DNA from: Bacteroidales bacterium
GTDB lineage: Bacteria; Bacteroidota; Bacteroidia; Bacteroidales; WCHB1-69
Length of the DNA: 64,000 nucleotides
NCBI GenBank assembly: GCA_045130275.1
Contig: JBGUPL010000085.1
Location: forward strand, 114-64,113
Reading direction: 5' to 3'
Positions 35,486 through 44,478 of the stretch are shown here, one piece after another (position 1 is the first letter of the stretch; each line of letters opens with the position of its first letter). Below the pieces are notes generated by a model. That model worked only from the letters and a program-made list of their open reading frames with translations. It did not search any database and was not told the origin of the DNA. Position numbers and translations under genes: made by a program.

Positions 35486-37216
35486 ATGAGAAAAAAAACT
35501 TTGAAAGCATTACTGCTGACCTTTTGCATCCTGTCCCTTACAAGGGTTTCTATGAGTCAAAACAACTCAGAACCAAAACGTTATGACATAGTCATCAGCG
35601 AAATAATGGCCAAGCCGGCTCCGGAAATCGGGCTCCCTGCGGTGGAGTATCTCGAACTGCACAACCGCCTGCCCTACCCTTGCCTGCTGCAAAATTGGCG
35701 ACTCACCTTGGGAAACACCTCCAAAACGCTCCCCGATATCACACTCGACAGTTGCGGCTTTGCTGTCATCATCGCGCAAAAGAACCTGGATGCGTTCTCC
35801 TCTGTCTGCGACAACGTGTACACGCTGTCTTCGCTGGCCATCACGGATGGCGGCCAGAAAATCACGCTGATGAACAAGAACGGCGAGGTGATTCATTTCA
35901 TTGACTTCAGGTCATCGTGGCACACCGAAAGCATCAAGCAGGAGGGTGGTTGGTCGCTGGAAATGATCGATGACGGCTGGCCGTGCGCAGGCAAGTGGAA
36001 CTGGAACTCTTCCTCGGATCCGCACGGAGGCACTCCTGGACGACCGAATTCCATCCGAAACGCACTCATCGACCACTCCAGACCCATGATCTCGGGCGCA
36101 ACCATGCCCGATTCGGTCACATTGCGCGTCCATTTTTCCAAAACCTTATCACCAGAGGTGCTGCAGCAGGACGACCTCTTTCAAACAACCCCCCACCTGA
36201 ACATTATACGCGTCGCCGAAGTGCCTCCAGCATTCGACGCACTGGACATACGTTTTGAAACCTCATTGCAACATGGGACAAGCTATCGTTTGCAACTTGC
36301 GGGCGAATTATACGACTGCGGCGGGAATGCATATCGGTCTTATGAGGAAATACCTTTCGGAAGCCCATCAACGCCATCACAAAACGAGTTAGTAATCAAT
36401 GAGATCCTGACAAATCCGCGCGACAACGAACACGCCGATTACATCGAAATCTTCAATCGTTCAGATCACTTCATTGATTTGAAAGAGGTAAAAATCGGAT
36501 ATGGTGGAGACACGCTCCCGCAAAAAGCCGTTTTGGCCGTTTCCAAAGGTTGGCAACTGGGGCCGAAGTCGTATGCTACACTCTGCAAAGAGCGAGATGT
36601 CACCCGTGAGCAATATTTCTGCAAAGACGAATCCCGACTGATCGAATGCGATTCCCTGCCAGACTTTGCCATCGGAAGTGGCATCATCCATCTGACAGAC
36701 AAAAGTTTACGGTCCATCGACAAGTTCGCTTACTCCGAAGAGATGCACTACTCCAAGCTACTGACCACAAAAGGGGTCGCCCTAGAGCGATTGTCCGTTG
36801 ACCGGCCAACACAAGACGAAAACAACTGGCGGTCCGCAGCCGAGAGCTCCGGATACGGAACCCCGGGCTATGAAAACTCGCAATGCGGATCGATGACAGG
36901 AGACGACGATTTTGAAATAGCACCCGAGGTGTTTTCACCGGACAACGACGGATATGATGACTTTTCTGAAATCCATTGCAAATTCACAGAAGGGGAAAAC
37001 CGTGTGAGCATCTGCATTTTCAACAGTCATGGACATCTCGTCAAAATTCTGGCCAACAATATTTTATGCGGAAATGAAGTTCACTTTCGTTGGGATGGCG
37101 ACGACGAAAAGTGCCAACCGGCTCCGGCGGGAATATATGTTGTGCAGTTCGAATGTTGGAACCTTCGGACAAAGAAAACAATCCGCAAACGGAAAGTTGT
37201 TTCTATTTATCGATAG
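35486..37216 (+). CDS. lamin-tail-domain (LTD) surface protein with T9SS type-B C-terminal sorting domain
   Basis: Signal peptide; LTD-like N-terminus (YDIVISEIMAKP...VEYLELHN). C-terminal FSPDNDGYDDF...GIYVVQFECW...VVSIYR resembles the gliding-motility/type-B CTD. Confidence 0.6.
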   Translation: MRKKTLKALLLTFCILSLTRVSMSQNNSEPKRYDIVISEIMAKPAPEIGLPAVEYLELHNRLPYPCLLQNWRLTLGNTSKTLPDITLDSCGFAVIIAQKNLDAFSSVCDNVYTLSSLAITDGGQKITLMNKNGEVIHFIDFRSSWHTESIKQEGGWSLEMIDDGWPCAGKWNWNSSSDPHGGTPGRPNSIRNALIDHSRPMISGATMPDSVTLRVHFSKTLSPEVLQQDDLFQTTPHLNIIRVAEVPPAFDALDIRFETSLQHGTSYRLQLAGELYDCGGNAYRSYEEIPFGSPSTPSQNELVINEILTNPRDNEHADYIEIFNRSDHFIDLKEVKIGYGGDTLPQKAVLAVSKGWQLGPKSYATLCKERDVTREQYFCKDESRLIECDSLPDFAIGSGIIHLTDKSLRSIDKFAYSEEMHYSKLLTTKGVALERLSVDRPTQDENNWRSAAESSGYGTPGYENSQCGSMTGDDDFEIAPEVFSPDNDGYDDFSEIHCKFTEGENRVSICIFNSHGHLVKILANNILCGNEVHFRWDGDDEKCQPAPAGIYVVQFECWNLRTKKTIRKRKVVSIYR

Positions 37217-37973
37217 TGACCTGCAAGCCATCGTAGCCCAAAGTCACATTCGGGGGCAGAGTTTTCTCCACATCGGCATACAGGCCCATGTGATGTGAAC
37301 AATGCGTCAGCAACGCACGCTTGGGATGGACAAGTTCAACAAAATGCAACGCTTGCTCTAGGTTGAAGTGAGAATAGTGCTTTTCGTGATGCAACGCATT
37401 GACCACCAGTACTTCCAAGTCTTGAAGATGGGGCAACTCTGAATCAGCCACAAAACTCGCGTCCGTAATGTACGCGAGTTTCCCGATACGAAATCCGAGA
37501 ATGGGCAACGTCAGATGGCGTACCTGAATAGGCTGAATTTCAATATTTTTTACAAAAAAAGGATCATGGCGAACGGCATGAAGTTGAAAAGAAGGGGCGC
37601 CTGGATATGGGTTCTCCTTGAATGCATAATCGTAGTCCTTTCGGATGACCCCTAGCACGCGTTGCATGGCATAGATATCCACGGGCCGCTTCTGCCGAAA
37701 ATAGATCGGGCGTATGTCGTCCAGACCAGCCAAGTGATCCTTGTGTTCATGGGTGACGAGCACCGCATCAACCCGAGTGATTTCGTTACGGAGCAGTTGC
37801 TGCCTCAGGTCCGGACCCGCATCGATGAGCAGGCGGACATCGTCCACTTCCACGAATGCGGCGGTTCGCAACCTGTTGTCACGGGCATCCGCCGAACGGC
37901 ACACCTCGCATCCGCACCCGACCACCGGAACGCCTTGTGAAGTCCCTGTGCCTAATAAGGTAATCTTCATCAT
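37203..37973 (-). CDS. MBL-fold metallo-hydrolase (PhnP/RNase Z-like)
   Basis: HxHxDH motif THEHKDH, GTGTSQGVP N-terminus, 256 aa. 14-nt convergent overlap with the LTD gene. Confidence 0.75.
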   Translation of the reverse strand: MMKITLLGTGTSQGVPVVGCGCEVCRSADARDNRLRTAAFVEVDDVRLLIDAGPDLRQQLLRNEITRVDAVLVTHEHKDHLAGLDDIRPIYFRQKRPVDIYAMQRVLGVIRKDYDYAFKENPYPGAPSFQLHAVRHDPFFVKNIEIQPIQVRHLTLPILGFRIGKLAYITDASFVADSELPHLQDLEVLVVNALHHEKHYSHFNLEQALHFVELVHPKRALLTHCSHHMGLYADVEKTLPPNVTLGYDGLQVTIDK

Positions 37974-37995
37974 ACTCTCACCTAAAATAAAACAG

Positions 37996-38003
37996 CAAAA
38001 GTA
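37996..38003 (-). promoter_or_regulatory. -7 box TACTTTTG (minus strand)
   Basis: The plus strand reads CAAAAGTA; 22 nt upstream of ATG 37973. Confidence 0.5.
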
Positions 38004-38126
38004 CGAAAAAAACGGATTGTATCAAAACACAAAAATGATGCAATAATTTTTTAACTTTTACGTTAGCGACACGTCTATAATTATATTAATTCAGACTTGG
38101 AATCATATATTTCAAAGCAGAAGATT

Positions 38127-39509
38127 ATGAAAGTACACTTTATCGCCATCGGGGGCAGTGCCATGCACAATCTGGCTATTGCTCTGAAAATCAAAGGTTT
38201 TGAAGTTTCCGGATCGGATGATGAAATTTTCGACCCCGCCAAGGGCCGCTTGGAGAAATACGGCATTCTGCCTGCGGACATCGGTTGGCACCCCGAGAAA
38301 ATCACACCCGAACTGGACGCCGTGATTTTAGGCATGCATGCCCGCGAAGACAACCCTGAACTTTTGAAAGCCAAGGAGTTAGGCCTTAGAATATATTCTT
38401 ACCCCGAATACTTGTACGAACAAAGCAAGGACAAAATCCGCGTGGTGGTGGGAGGCAGTCATGGCAAGACGACCATCACCTCCATGATCATCCATGTGCT
38501 GCAGCACCTGCATATCGACTGCGACTATATGGTCGGTGCGCAGCTGGAAGGTTTTGAAGTGATGGTCAAGCTCTCCGACAACGCCAAAGTGATGGTCATT
38601 GAAGGTGACGAGTATCTCACCTCCCCTATCGACCGCCGACCGAAGTTTCACGTTTACCAGCCTACCATCGGCATTATCAGCGGCATAGCCTGGGATCACA
38701 TCAACGTTTTCCCAACTTTCGAGAACTACGTGGAACAGTTCGAAATATTCGCCAAAATGATTCCGCAGGAAGGTCAACTGATTTATTGTCAGGAAGATGA
38801 GGAATTAAGAAAGTTGGGTGCCCGCATCCATAACACCACCTGCAAACCTTACGGGGTCCATCCGTACGTGATCCGTGACGGCGTGACCTACCTCCTCCAC
38901 AGCAATGGGGAGACACCTTTGCAGATTTTCGGAAAACACAACTTGATGAACATCAATGCGGCGCGACTTGCATGCAACGCATTGGGCGTTTCCGACGAAC
39001 AGTTCTATGATGCCATCGCCACTTTCAAAGGCGCCTCCAAACGGCTGGAATTAGTGGCAAAGAATTCGGAATGTGCTGTTTATAAGGATTTTGCGCATTC
39101 TCCTTCGAAACTCAAAGCGACCATCAACGCCGTTCGCGAACAATATCCCGACTGCAAATTGGTGGCATGTATGGAATTGCACACATTCAGCAGCCTGACG
39201 GAAGAATTTCTGCGACAATATGCACACGCGATGGACGAGGCCGATGTGGCTATGGTGTACTACTCGCCTACCGCTGTCGAGCACAAAAAACTGCCGCCTA
39301 TCCACCCGGAGACGATTTTTTCCGCGTTCCAACGAAATGACCTGCTTGTATTCAACGATTCTAATTTACTGAAGAACAAGCTTTTATCTATGAATTGGCA
39401 TCATTCTGTACTGCTTCTGATGTCCTCTGGAAATTTTGATGGAATTAATTTGAATGAATTCGGAGAAAAAATTGTACTTTTGCCCGCTCAAAATTCGAGC
39501 ACTTTATAA
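38127..39509 (+). CDS. mpl: UDP-N-acetylmuramate:L-alanyl-gamma-D-glutamyl-meso-DAP ligase (murein peptide ligase)
   Basis: MKVHFIAIGGSAMHNLAIAL N-terminus and P-loop GGSHGKTTITSMI. First ATG at 38127. Confidence 0.8.
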   Translation: MKVHFIAIGGSAMHNLAIALKIKGFEVSGSDDEIFDPAKGRLEKYGILPADIGWHPEKITPELDAVILGMHAREDNPELLKAKELGLRIYSYPEYLYEQSKDKIRVVVGGSHGKTTITSMIIHVLQHLHIDCDYMVGAQLEGFEVMVKLSDNAKVMVIEGDEYLTSPIDRRPKFHVYQPTIGIISGIAWDHINVFPTFENYVEQFEIFAKMIPQEGQLIYCQEDEELRKLGARIHNTTCKPYGVHPYVIRDGVTYLLHSNGETPLQIFGKHNLMNINAARLACNALGVSDEQFYDAIATFKGASKRLELVAKNSECAVYKDFAHSPSKLKATINAVREQYPDCKLVACMELHTFSSLTEEFLRQYAHAMDEADVAMVYYSPTAVEHKKLPPIHPETIFSAFQRNDLLVFNDSNLLKNKLLSMNWHHSVLLLMSSGNFDGINLNEFGEKIVLLPAQNSSTL

Positions 39510-39557
39510 ATAATGAATTGATATTCAATAAAATAACAAAAAAAAGAACAAAAGACA

Positions 39558-40655
39558 ATGAAAAAGTTAAGCTTATTATTGTTGGCGGTTGTGACCAGCA
39601 TGCTCTGCATTGCACAACCGGAAATCAAATTTGAAAACACCACATACGACTTTGGCAAAATCAAGGAAGAAGGTGGAAAAGTTACCGGAAAGTTCGTGTT
39701 CACCAACGTCGGAAACCAGCCCTTGGAGCTCACAAACGTTCGTCCTGGTTGCGGTTGCACGGCGGCCAACTACACCAAAGGTGCCATCGCCCCTGGTGAA
39801 AAAGGCTACATCGAAGCCACCTACAATCCCTACAACCGTCCCGGCGCATTCAACAAGAACATCCGCGTGACGACCAACGAGCCCAAATTCCTGGAGAACG
39901 ACAAAGCCACCCCGCACATGATTTTCATCAAAGGCGAGGTCATCAAACGCCCCCCGACAGAGTTTGAGATAGCTGGATACACCAAATCCGCCGGCATGCT
40001 GCGCATCAAGGAGCCCGATATCGCCCACAACATGCTGAACACCGAGTCGGTGCTGGACACTTTCTATGTGCGCAATTTCTGGACAAAACCCATCAACTTC
40101 AAAATGGACACTCCCTCTGATTTCGTTTCTGAGGTGTACCGTAATTTTGGCGCTGAGTTGCTCCCCGGCCAAGAGGGTTTCTTCGTGTTGAAATATGACG
40201 CTTCCAAACGGAACAAATTCGGACAAGTGAAGGACGCCATCGCATTCACCACAAACGACACGCTCGAGCCCACCAAACGTGTGCATTACGCTGTCAATGT
40301 CAAGGAGGATTTCTCAAAACTCACCCCTAAACAGCTCAAGAGCGCTCCTGTCAGCCAAGTGAGCAAGGAGTCAATCTTCTTTGGCGAAATGCAGAAAAAC
40401 GTTTCCAAGTCTGAGACCATCCAAGTGACAAACACCGGCAAGAGCCCCCTCATTATCAGAGCTCTGGAATCAGGAAACTCCCTCTTCAGAGTGACTTCGA
40501 ACATGTTGGAGGTTCAACCTGGCGCAACGGCGACGATTACCGTCACCTTCAAGGCTCCTGGCCGTACCAGCACTCAAACTTCCGCCATCGAAATCATCAC
40601 CAACGATCCGGCCGCCCCGATTCGCTCTATTTCCGTCTCTGCGAAAGTTTTATAA
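39558..40655 (+). CDS. DUF1573 domain protein (ASH/PapD-like Ig-fold repeats), secreted
   Basis: Signal peptide; DUF1573 hallmark FDFGKI...FTNVGNQPLELTNVRPGCGCT. Confidence 0.7.
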   Translation: MKKLSLLLLAVVTSMLCIAQPEIKFENTTYDFGKIKEEGGKVTGKFVFTNVGNQPLELTNVRPGCGCTAANYTKGAIAPGEKGYIEATYNPYNRPGAFNKNIRVTTNEPKFLENDKATPHMIFIKGEVIKRPPTEFEIAGYTKSAGMLRIKEPDIAHNMLNTESVLDTFYVRNFWTKPINFKMDTPSDFVSEVYRNFGAELLPGQEGFFVLKYDASKRNKFGQVKDAIAFTTNDTLEPTKRVHYAVNVKEDFSKLTPKQLKSAPVSQVSKESIFFGEMQKNVSKSETIQVTNTGKSPLIIRALESGNSLFRVTSNMLEVQPGATATITVTFKAPGRTSTQTSAIEIITNDPAAPIRSISVSAKVL

Positions 40656-40673
40656 TCCGAGATATTTCCATCG

Positions 40674-40710
40674 AAAAAATCCCTGCAGAAAACTGCAGGG
40701 ATTTTTTTTT
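40674..40710. terminator. strong bidirectional intrinsic terminator
   Basis: AAAAAAT-CCCTGCAG-aaaa-CTGCAGGG-ATTTTTTTTT lies between convergent genes. Confidence 0.85.
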
Positions 40711-40758
40711 AACAGAGCCAACCTTTATCCGACCACTTTACGCGATCATGCGTTTCGT

Positions 40759-41295
40759 TTAAAACAGCCGACTGTTTCCTTTTCGGAGTTCCTCGTCGGA
40801 AGGGACATTGTCCTTGATGGTGTCCACATCGATAACGAGCGGACGGCCTAGGCGGACCGGAGCCGGCTCGGATTTTACCGGAACACTGACCTCTTTACGC
40901 TCCGAAGAGGGATCTGCGGTTTTCTGTGGAGCATTCGGGTCATTATTTGAGGAATACGTCCGTGTCGGGACAGGCTTCACAGTCGGTACCGTTTGTTCCG
41001 GACAAAAATCTGCTTCCACAACCCCGACTTCGGGGGCGGATTCCAATCTTGCTGAATCAACCGTCATAGCAATCCGGGAGACCTCTTCCGGCTGTGAATG
41101 TTTGGGTGAAAAGTGGATGGCCGTGAACACCGCACCTCCCACAACCACGGCTGACACAGACCCCAGCACCCAATACTTTACTGGGCTTGAAGTTCCGGCG
41201 AAGTGCTTGAAACGTCTCCACGCGGAAGGTTTATAGTTGTATGCGGCCTGTTCAGCCTTTTCTTTTATCAATTTGTCAAATTCTGTCATAATCAT
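40759..41295 (-). CDS. putative anti-sigma factor (single-TM membrane protein)
   Basis: ATGA overlap with the ECF sigma gene. Cytoplasmic N-terminus, TM YWVLGSVSAVVVGGAVFTAIHF, low-complexity periplasmic tail. Called from context only. Confidence 0.45.
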   Translation of the reverse strand: MIMTEFDKLIKEKAEQAAYNYKPSAWRRFKHFAGTSSPVKYWVLGSVSAVVVGGAVFTAIHFSPKHSQPEEVSRIAMTVDSARLESAPEVGVVEADFCPEQTVPTVKPVPTRTYSSNNDPNAPQKTADPSSERKEVSVPVKSEPAPVRLGRPLVIDVDTIKDNVPSDEELRKGNSRLF

Positions 41296-41846
41296 TCGTT
41301 ATCACATTTCATAATAGCGGCTTTGAGTTTAGTTCTTGCCTGATTGACATGCCACGCAGAAGTGTTTTCCGACATATTCATCTGAGTGGCAATTTCCTTA
41401 TGGGAATAACCCTCAAACACATACAGGTTAAACACCGTCCGGGTGACCGGTGGCAAAAGTTGGATCAGAGCCACCATCTCCTGAGAAGACATTCGGGACA
41501 CAGCCTCGTTGACTTGATGGTCAACCAACTGCCCGTCCGGCACTTCATCCAAAGCGACGAACGTGACGTTTTTATCATAGTGTTTCCTATAATCCAACGC
41601 GGCATTACAAACCACTCTTTTAAGCCAAGCATCAAAAGAACCTGTGTTTTCGTATTTGTCAAGGTTCGAAAACACTTTCAAGAACCCTTCATTGAGCATA
41701 TCGGCAGCCTCGTCGGTACTTCCGGCATAGCGCATGCAAACACCCATCACCATACTGTAGAAATGTTTGAACAGCTTCCGTTGGGCTCGCGAATTACCTT
41801 CGCGACACTCACGCACCCATTCCAGCACTTCCGAATGCCCTTTCAT
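41292..41846 (-). CDS. ECF-type RNA polymerase sigma-70 factor
   Basis: Region 2 (FKHFYSMVMGVCMRYAG...DMLNEGFLKVF) and region 4 HTH (GYSHKEIATQMNMSENTSAWHVNQAR). ATG 41846. Confidence 0.8.
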   Translation of the reverse strand: MKGHSEVLEWVRECREGNSRAQRKLFKHFYSMVMGVCMRYAGSTDEAADMLNEGFLKVFSNLDKYENTGSFDAWLKRVVCNAALDYRKHYDKNVTFVALDEVPDGQLVDHQVNEAVSRMSSQEMVALIQLLPPVTRTVFNLYVFEGYSHKEIATQMNMSENTSAWHVNQARTKLKAAIMKCDNE

Positions 41847-41928
41847 ATCATATAACGAATAATGAAGACAAATTCTTGGGTCTGAAATCACATTTTTGGC
41901 ATAAGCAATATATATCCCAGTGGGACAA

Positions 41929-42522
41929 TTACTTAACTATCTTGAAGCCCAGGGAAAGAATGAACATATTCAACTGCTTTGTTTGGGATGTTCCTTCCAC
42001 CATATTACGGAAATTGTCGGCTGCTATACAATAGTTCGCATCCAGTGTAAAACGCCATAAGTCCACACCGATACCAAACTGTCCGCCCCATTGAAGAGAA
42101 TTGGAGGTCCAGTCCGAATCCTGCATATTGTCCGAAATCTTAAAATCAAAGCGGGGCCCCAAAGTCAACCTGAATTTGAAATTATCCTTTTCGATAAAAT
42201 GATAACCCAAAAGTGCAGGCACCGACAGATAGTGCTGTTTCAATGCTGTATTTGAAGAATACTCTGTCTGCTCTTCCATAAATGTGCTTCTTTTAAAAGA
42301 GTAGTTAACTTCAGGCTGGAAAAAGAAGCCACTTCCAAAACGCAAGAAAACACCTGCTTCAAGTCCAAAATCCCTTTCTGTCACCTTCTTGTAGTTCACA
42401 GCATTCCCAGCCACTTTCAGACCTAATGAAAACTGCGCCTGGGATTTCTCCAATGTCAAAACATTCAGCAGTAAGGCAGAAGCCAAGACCATAGCGGCAA
42501 ATTTCAACTGACCACTTTTCAT
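41929..42522 (-). CDS. small outer-membrane beta-barrel (porin-family) protein
   Basis: Signal peptide ending AQA, alternating beta-strand pattern, C-terminal LSLGFKIVK. Confidence 0.6.
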   Translation of the reverse strand: MKSGQLKFAAMVLASALLLNVLTLEKSQAQFSLGLKVAGNAVNYKKVTERDFGLEAGVFLRFGSGFFFQPEVNYSFKRSTFMEEQTEYSSNTALKQHYLSVPALLGYHFIEKDNFKFRLTLGPRFDFKISDNMQDSDWTSNSLQWGGQFGIGVDLWRFTLDANYCIAADNFRNMVEGTSQTKQLNMFILSLGFKIVK

Positions 42523-42603
42523 AATTTTATCACTTTATATTCACAAATCGTTCTAACGCGAAATTTTGCAATTTATTGTAATGTTTCTCCAACCCTTCTC
42601 GGA

Positions 42604-43515
42604 TCAGCATACACCTCTCACTTCATTAATGTCGGAGATGCCCTCCCGTTCGCAAAGTTGTATCAGATTGTCGAGGACATGGCTGCCTGCCAGAGGGTCA
42701 TTGAAATGGATTGTTCCGAGTTGGACAGCGGTCGCTCCCGCCATGACAAACTCCAGCACATCCTCTGCCGAATAGATCCCTCCTATACCGATAACAGGCA
42801 CATGCACGTGTTGGCATACGGCATGCACCATCCGCAGGGCAATCGGTTTGATGGCGGCGCCGGAAAGTCCCGCATACACATTGTTGAATACAGGCTTCCG
42901 TTTCCGGATGTCGATAGCCATGGCCTGGAAGGTGTTGACCAGCGAAAGGGCATCTGCTCCGGCCCTCTCGCATGCCAAGGCCATCTGTACGATATTCTCA
43001 GCATTCGGGGACAATTTGACGATCAGCGGTTTTTCACAAACCTTGCGGACCTCCCGGACGACTTCCTCGGCCACTTCGGACTTGATTCCGAATGCCATGC
43101 CACCGCTCTTCACATTGGGGCAGGAGATGTTGAGTTCCAACATATCAATATCCGCCGCGGAGAGCATTTTCGCCCCCGTGATGTAGTCCTCCATGCTGTG
43201 CCCGCCCATGTTAGCAATCAGGACGTTGCCGAATCGGCGCATCTGAGCTATTCCCGCACTGACAAACGCCTCAACGCCAGGGTTCTGCAGACCCACACTG
43301 TTCATCATCCCAGATGCAGTTTCCCAAACGCGGATGCCTTCGTTACCGTCCTTAGGGTGTAGCGTCAGCCCTTTGGAACAGATACCCCCCAGGCAGCCTA
43401 CATCATACAATTCGTCATACTCTTCCCCAAAGCCAAAAGTGCCAGAGGCGGCGATGAGCAGGTTCTTGAAAGGCACTCCCGCCACATTCACCGATAAATT
43501 CACTGCATTATCCAT
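42604..43515 (-). CDS. pyrD: dihydroorotate dehydrogenase, class 1B catalytic subunit
   Basis: [36 protein letters not shown] motifs. Confidence 0.9.
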   Translation of the reverse strand: MDNAVNLSVNVAGVPFKNLLIAASGTFGFGEEYDELYDVGCLGGICSKGLTLHPKDGNEGIRVWETASGMMNSVGLQNPGVEAFVSAGIAQMRRFGNVLIANMGGHSMEDYITGAKMLSAADIDMLELNISCPNVKSGGMAFGIKSEVAEEVVREVRKVCEKPLIVKLSPNAENIVQMALACERAGADALSLVNTFQAMAIDIRKRKPVFNNVYAGLSGAAIKPIALRMVHAVCQHVHVPVIGIGGIYSAEDVLEFVMAGATAVQLGTIHFNDPLAGSHVLDNLIQLCEREGISDINEVRGVC

Positions 43516-43616
43516 AATCAGCTGTTTATTATATCCTAACTCTAAGTTTAATATGCTTCTTTACGTTAATCATCTGGATCATAGACGGTTATTCTAATGA
43601 TCTCCTTTCAACTGGT

Positions 43617-44354
43617 TCACCACAACAAGTCCGTGCTTTTGAACACAGGCCCATCCTTGCACACCCGTTTCATTCCTTGTTTCGTGCGGATACTACAGCC
43701 GAGGCACGCGCCTATTCCACAGGCCATACGGTGCTCCAAAGAGCAATAGCATGCGGTCCCTGTCTCCGCGCACATTGCAGCGACCTTGCGCATCATCACT
43801 TCCGGGCCACAAGTCAGCACCGCATCATATAGATTCGGTTTCAAAAGGTCGGTGACAAACCCGCGATACCCTTCATCTCCCTTTTCGGTGGAGATGAATA
43901 TGTTATTACACCACATCTCGAACTCCCCTTCTGCAAAGAGTTCGTTTCGGTAGCCAAGGTACGCGTCCACCTCGACGCCGCTGAGCATGAGTGTTTTGGC
44001 GGTCTCGCAAAGCGGCGGAATTCCGACTCCGCCGCCCACGACCGCAACCTTTCCTCTAATTTCTTGACATGGAAAGCCATTTCCACAGGGGCCCATCAGT
44101 TTCAACGTGTCGCCTTTCTTCAGCTCTGACAATTTCCGAGTTCCTTTTCCCACAACACGATACATGAACCATAGGTGAAAATCATCGGAACGAAACAAAC
44201 TGATAGGACGCATCAGTGTCAGTTCCGAATCCCAACATTTTATCATGAAAAACTTTCCTGCACCCACATCGACTCCTTCGCGGTTGACACACAAGACAAA
44301 AATATCATCCAGAAGTCGTTCATTACCGATCACTTTACTTTCAAAATATTTCAT
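43617..44354 (-). CDS. pyrK: dihydroorotate dehydrogenase electron-transfer subunit
   Basis: FAD/NAD-binding fold and C-terminal 2Fe-2S cysteines CSLEHRMACGIGACLGC. Confidence 0.85.
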   Translation of the reverse strand: MKYFESKVIGNERLLDDIFVLCVNREGVDVGAGKFFMIKCWDSELTLMRPISLFRSDDFHLWFMYRVVGKGTRKLSELKKGDTLKLMGPCGNGFPCQEIRGKVAVVGGGVGIPPLCETAKTLMLSGVEVDAYLGYRNELFAEGEFEMWCNNIFISTEKGDEGYRGFVTDLLKPNLYDAVLTCGPEVMMRKVAAMCAETGTACYCSLEHRMACGIGACLGCSIRTKQGMKRVCKDGPVFKSTDLLW

Positions 44355-44478
44355 AATCAGCTATTTAGATTGGACTTACCCTTTCTTCTTTCAAACTGCG
44401 AATATAGGATTTTTGTAAGAACATTTACAAGAATAATTAGAGAATTCTATTGACAACCATTATTTTCACAATGCCTTA

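Noticed and set aside
43516-43616. 100-nt gap between pyrK and pyrD as a sign of a decayed gene or regulatory RNA
   Set aside because: The gap is AT-rich with no repeats, hairpins or ORF, and is compatible with an ordinary intercistronic spacer.
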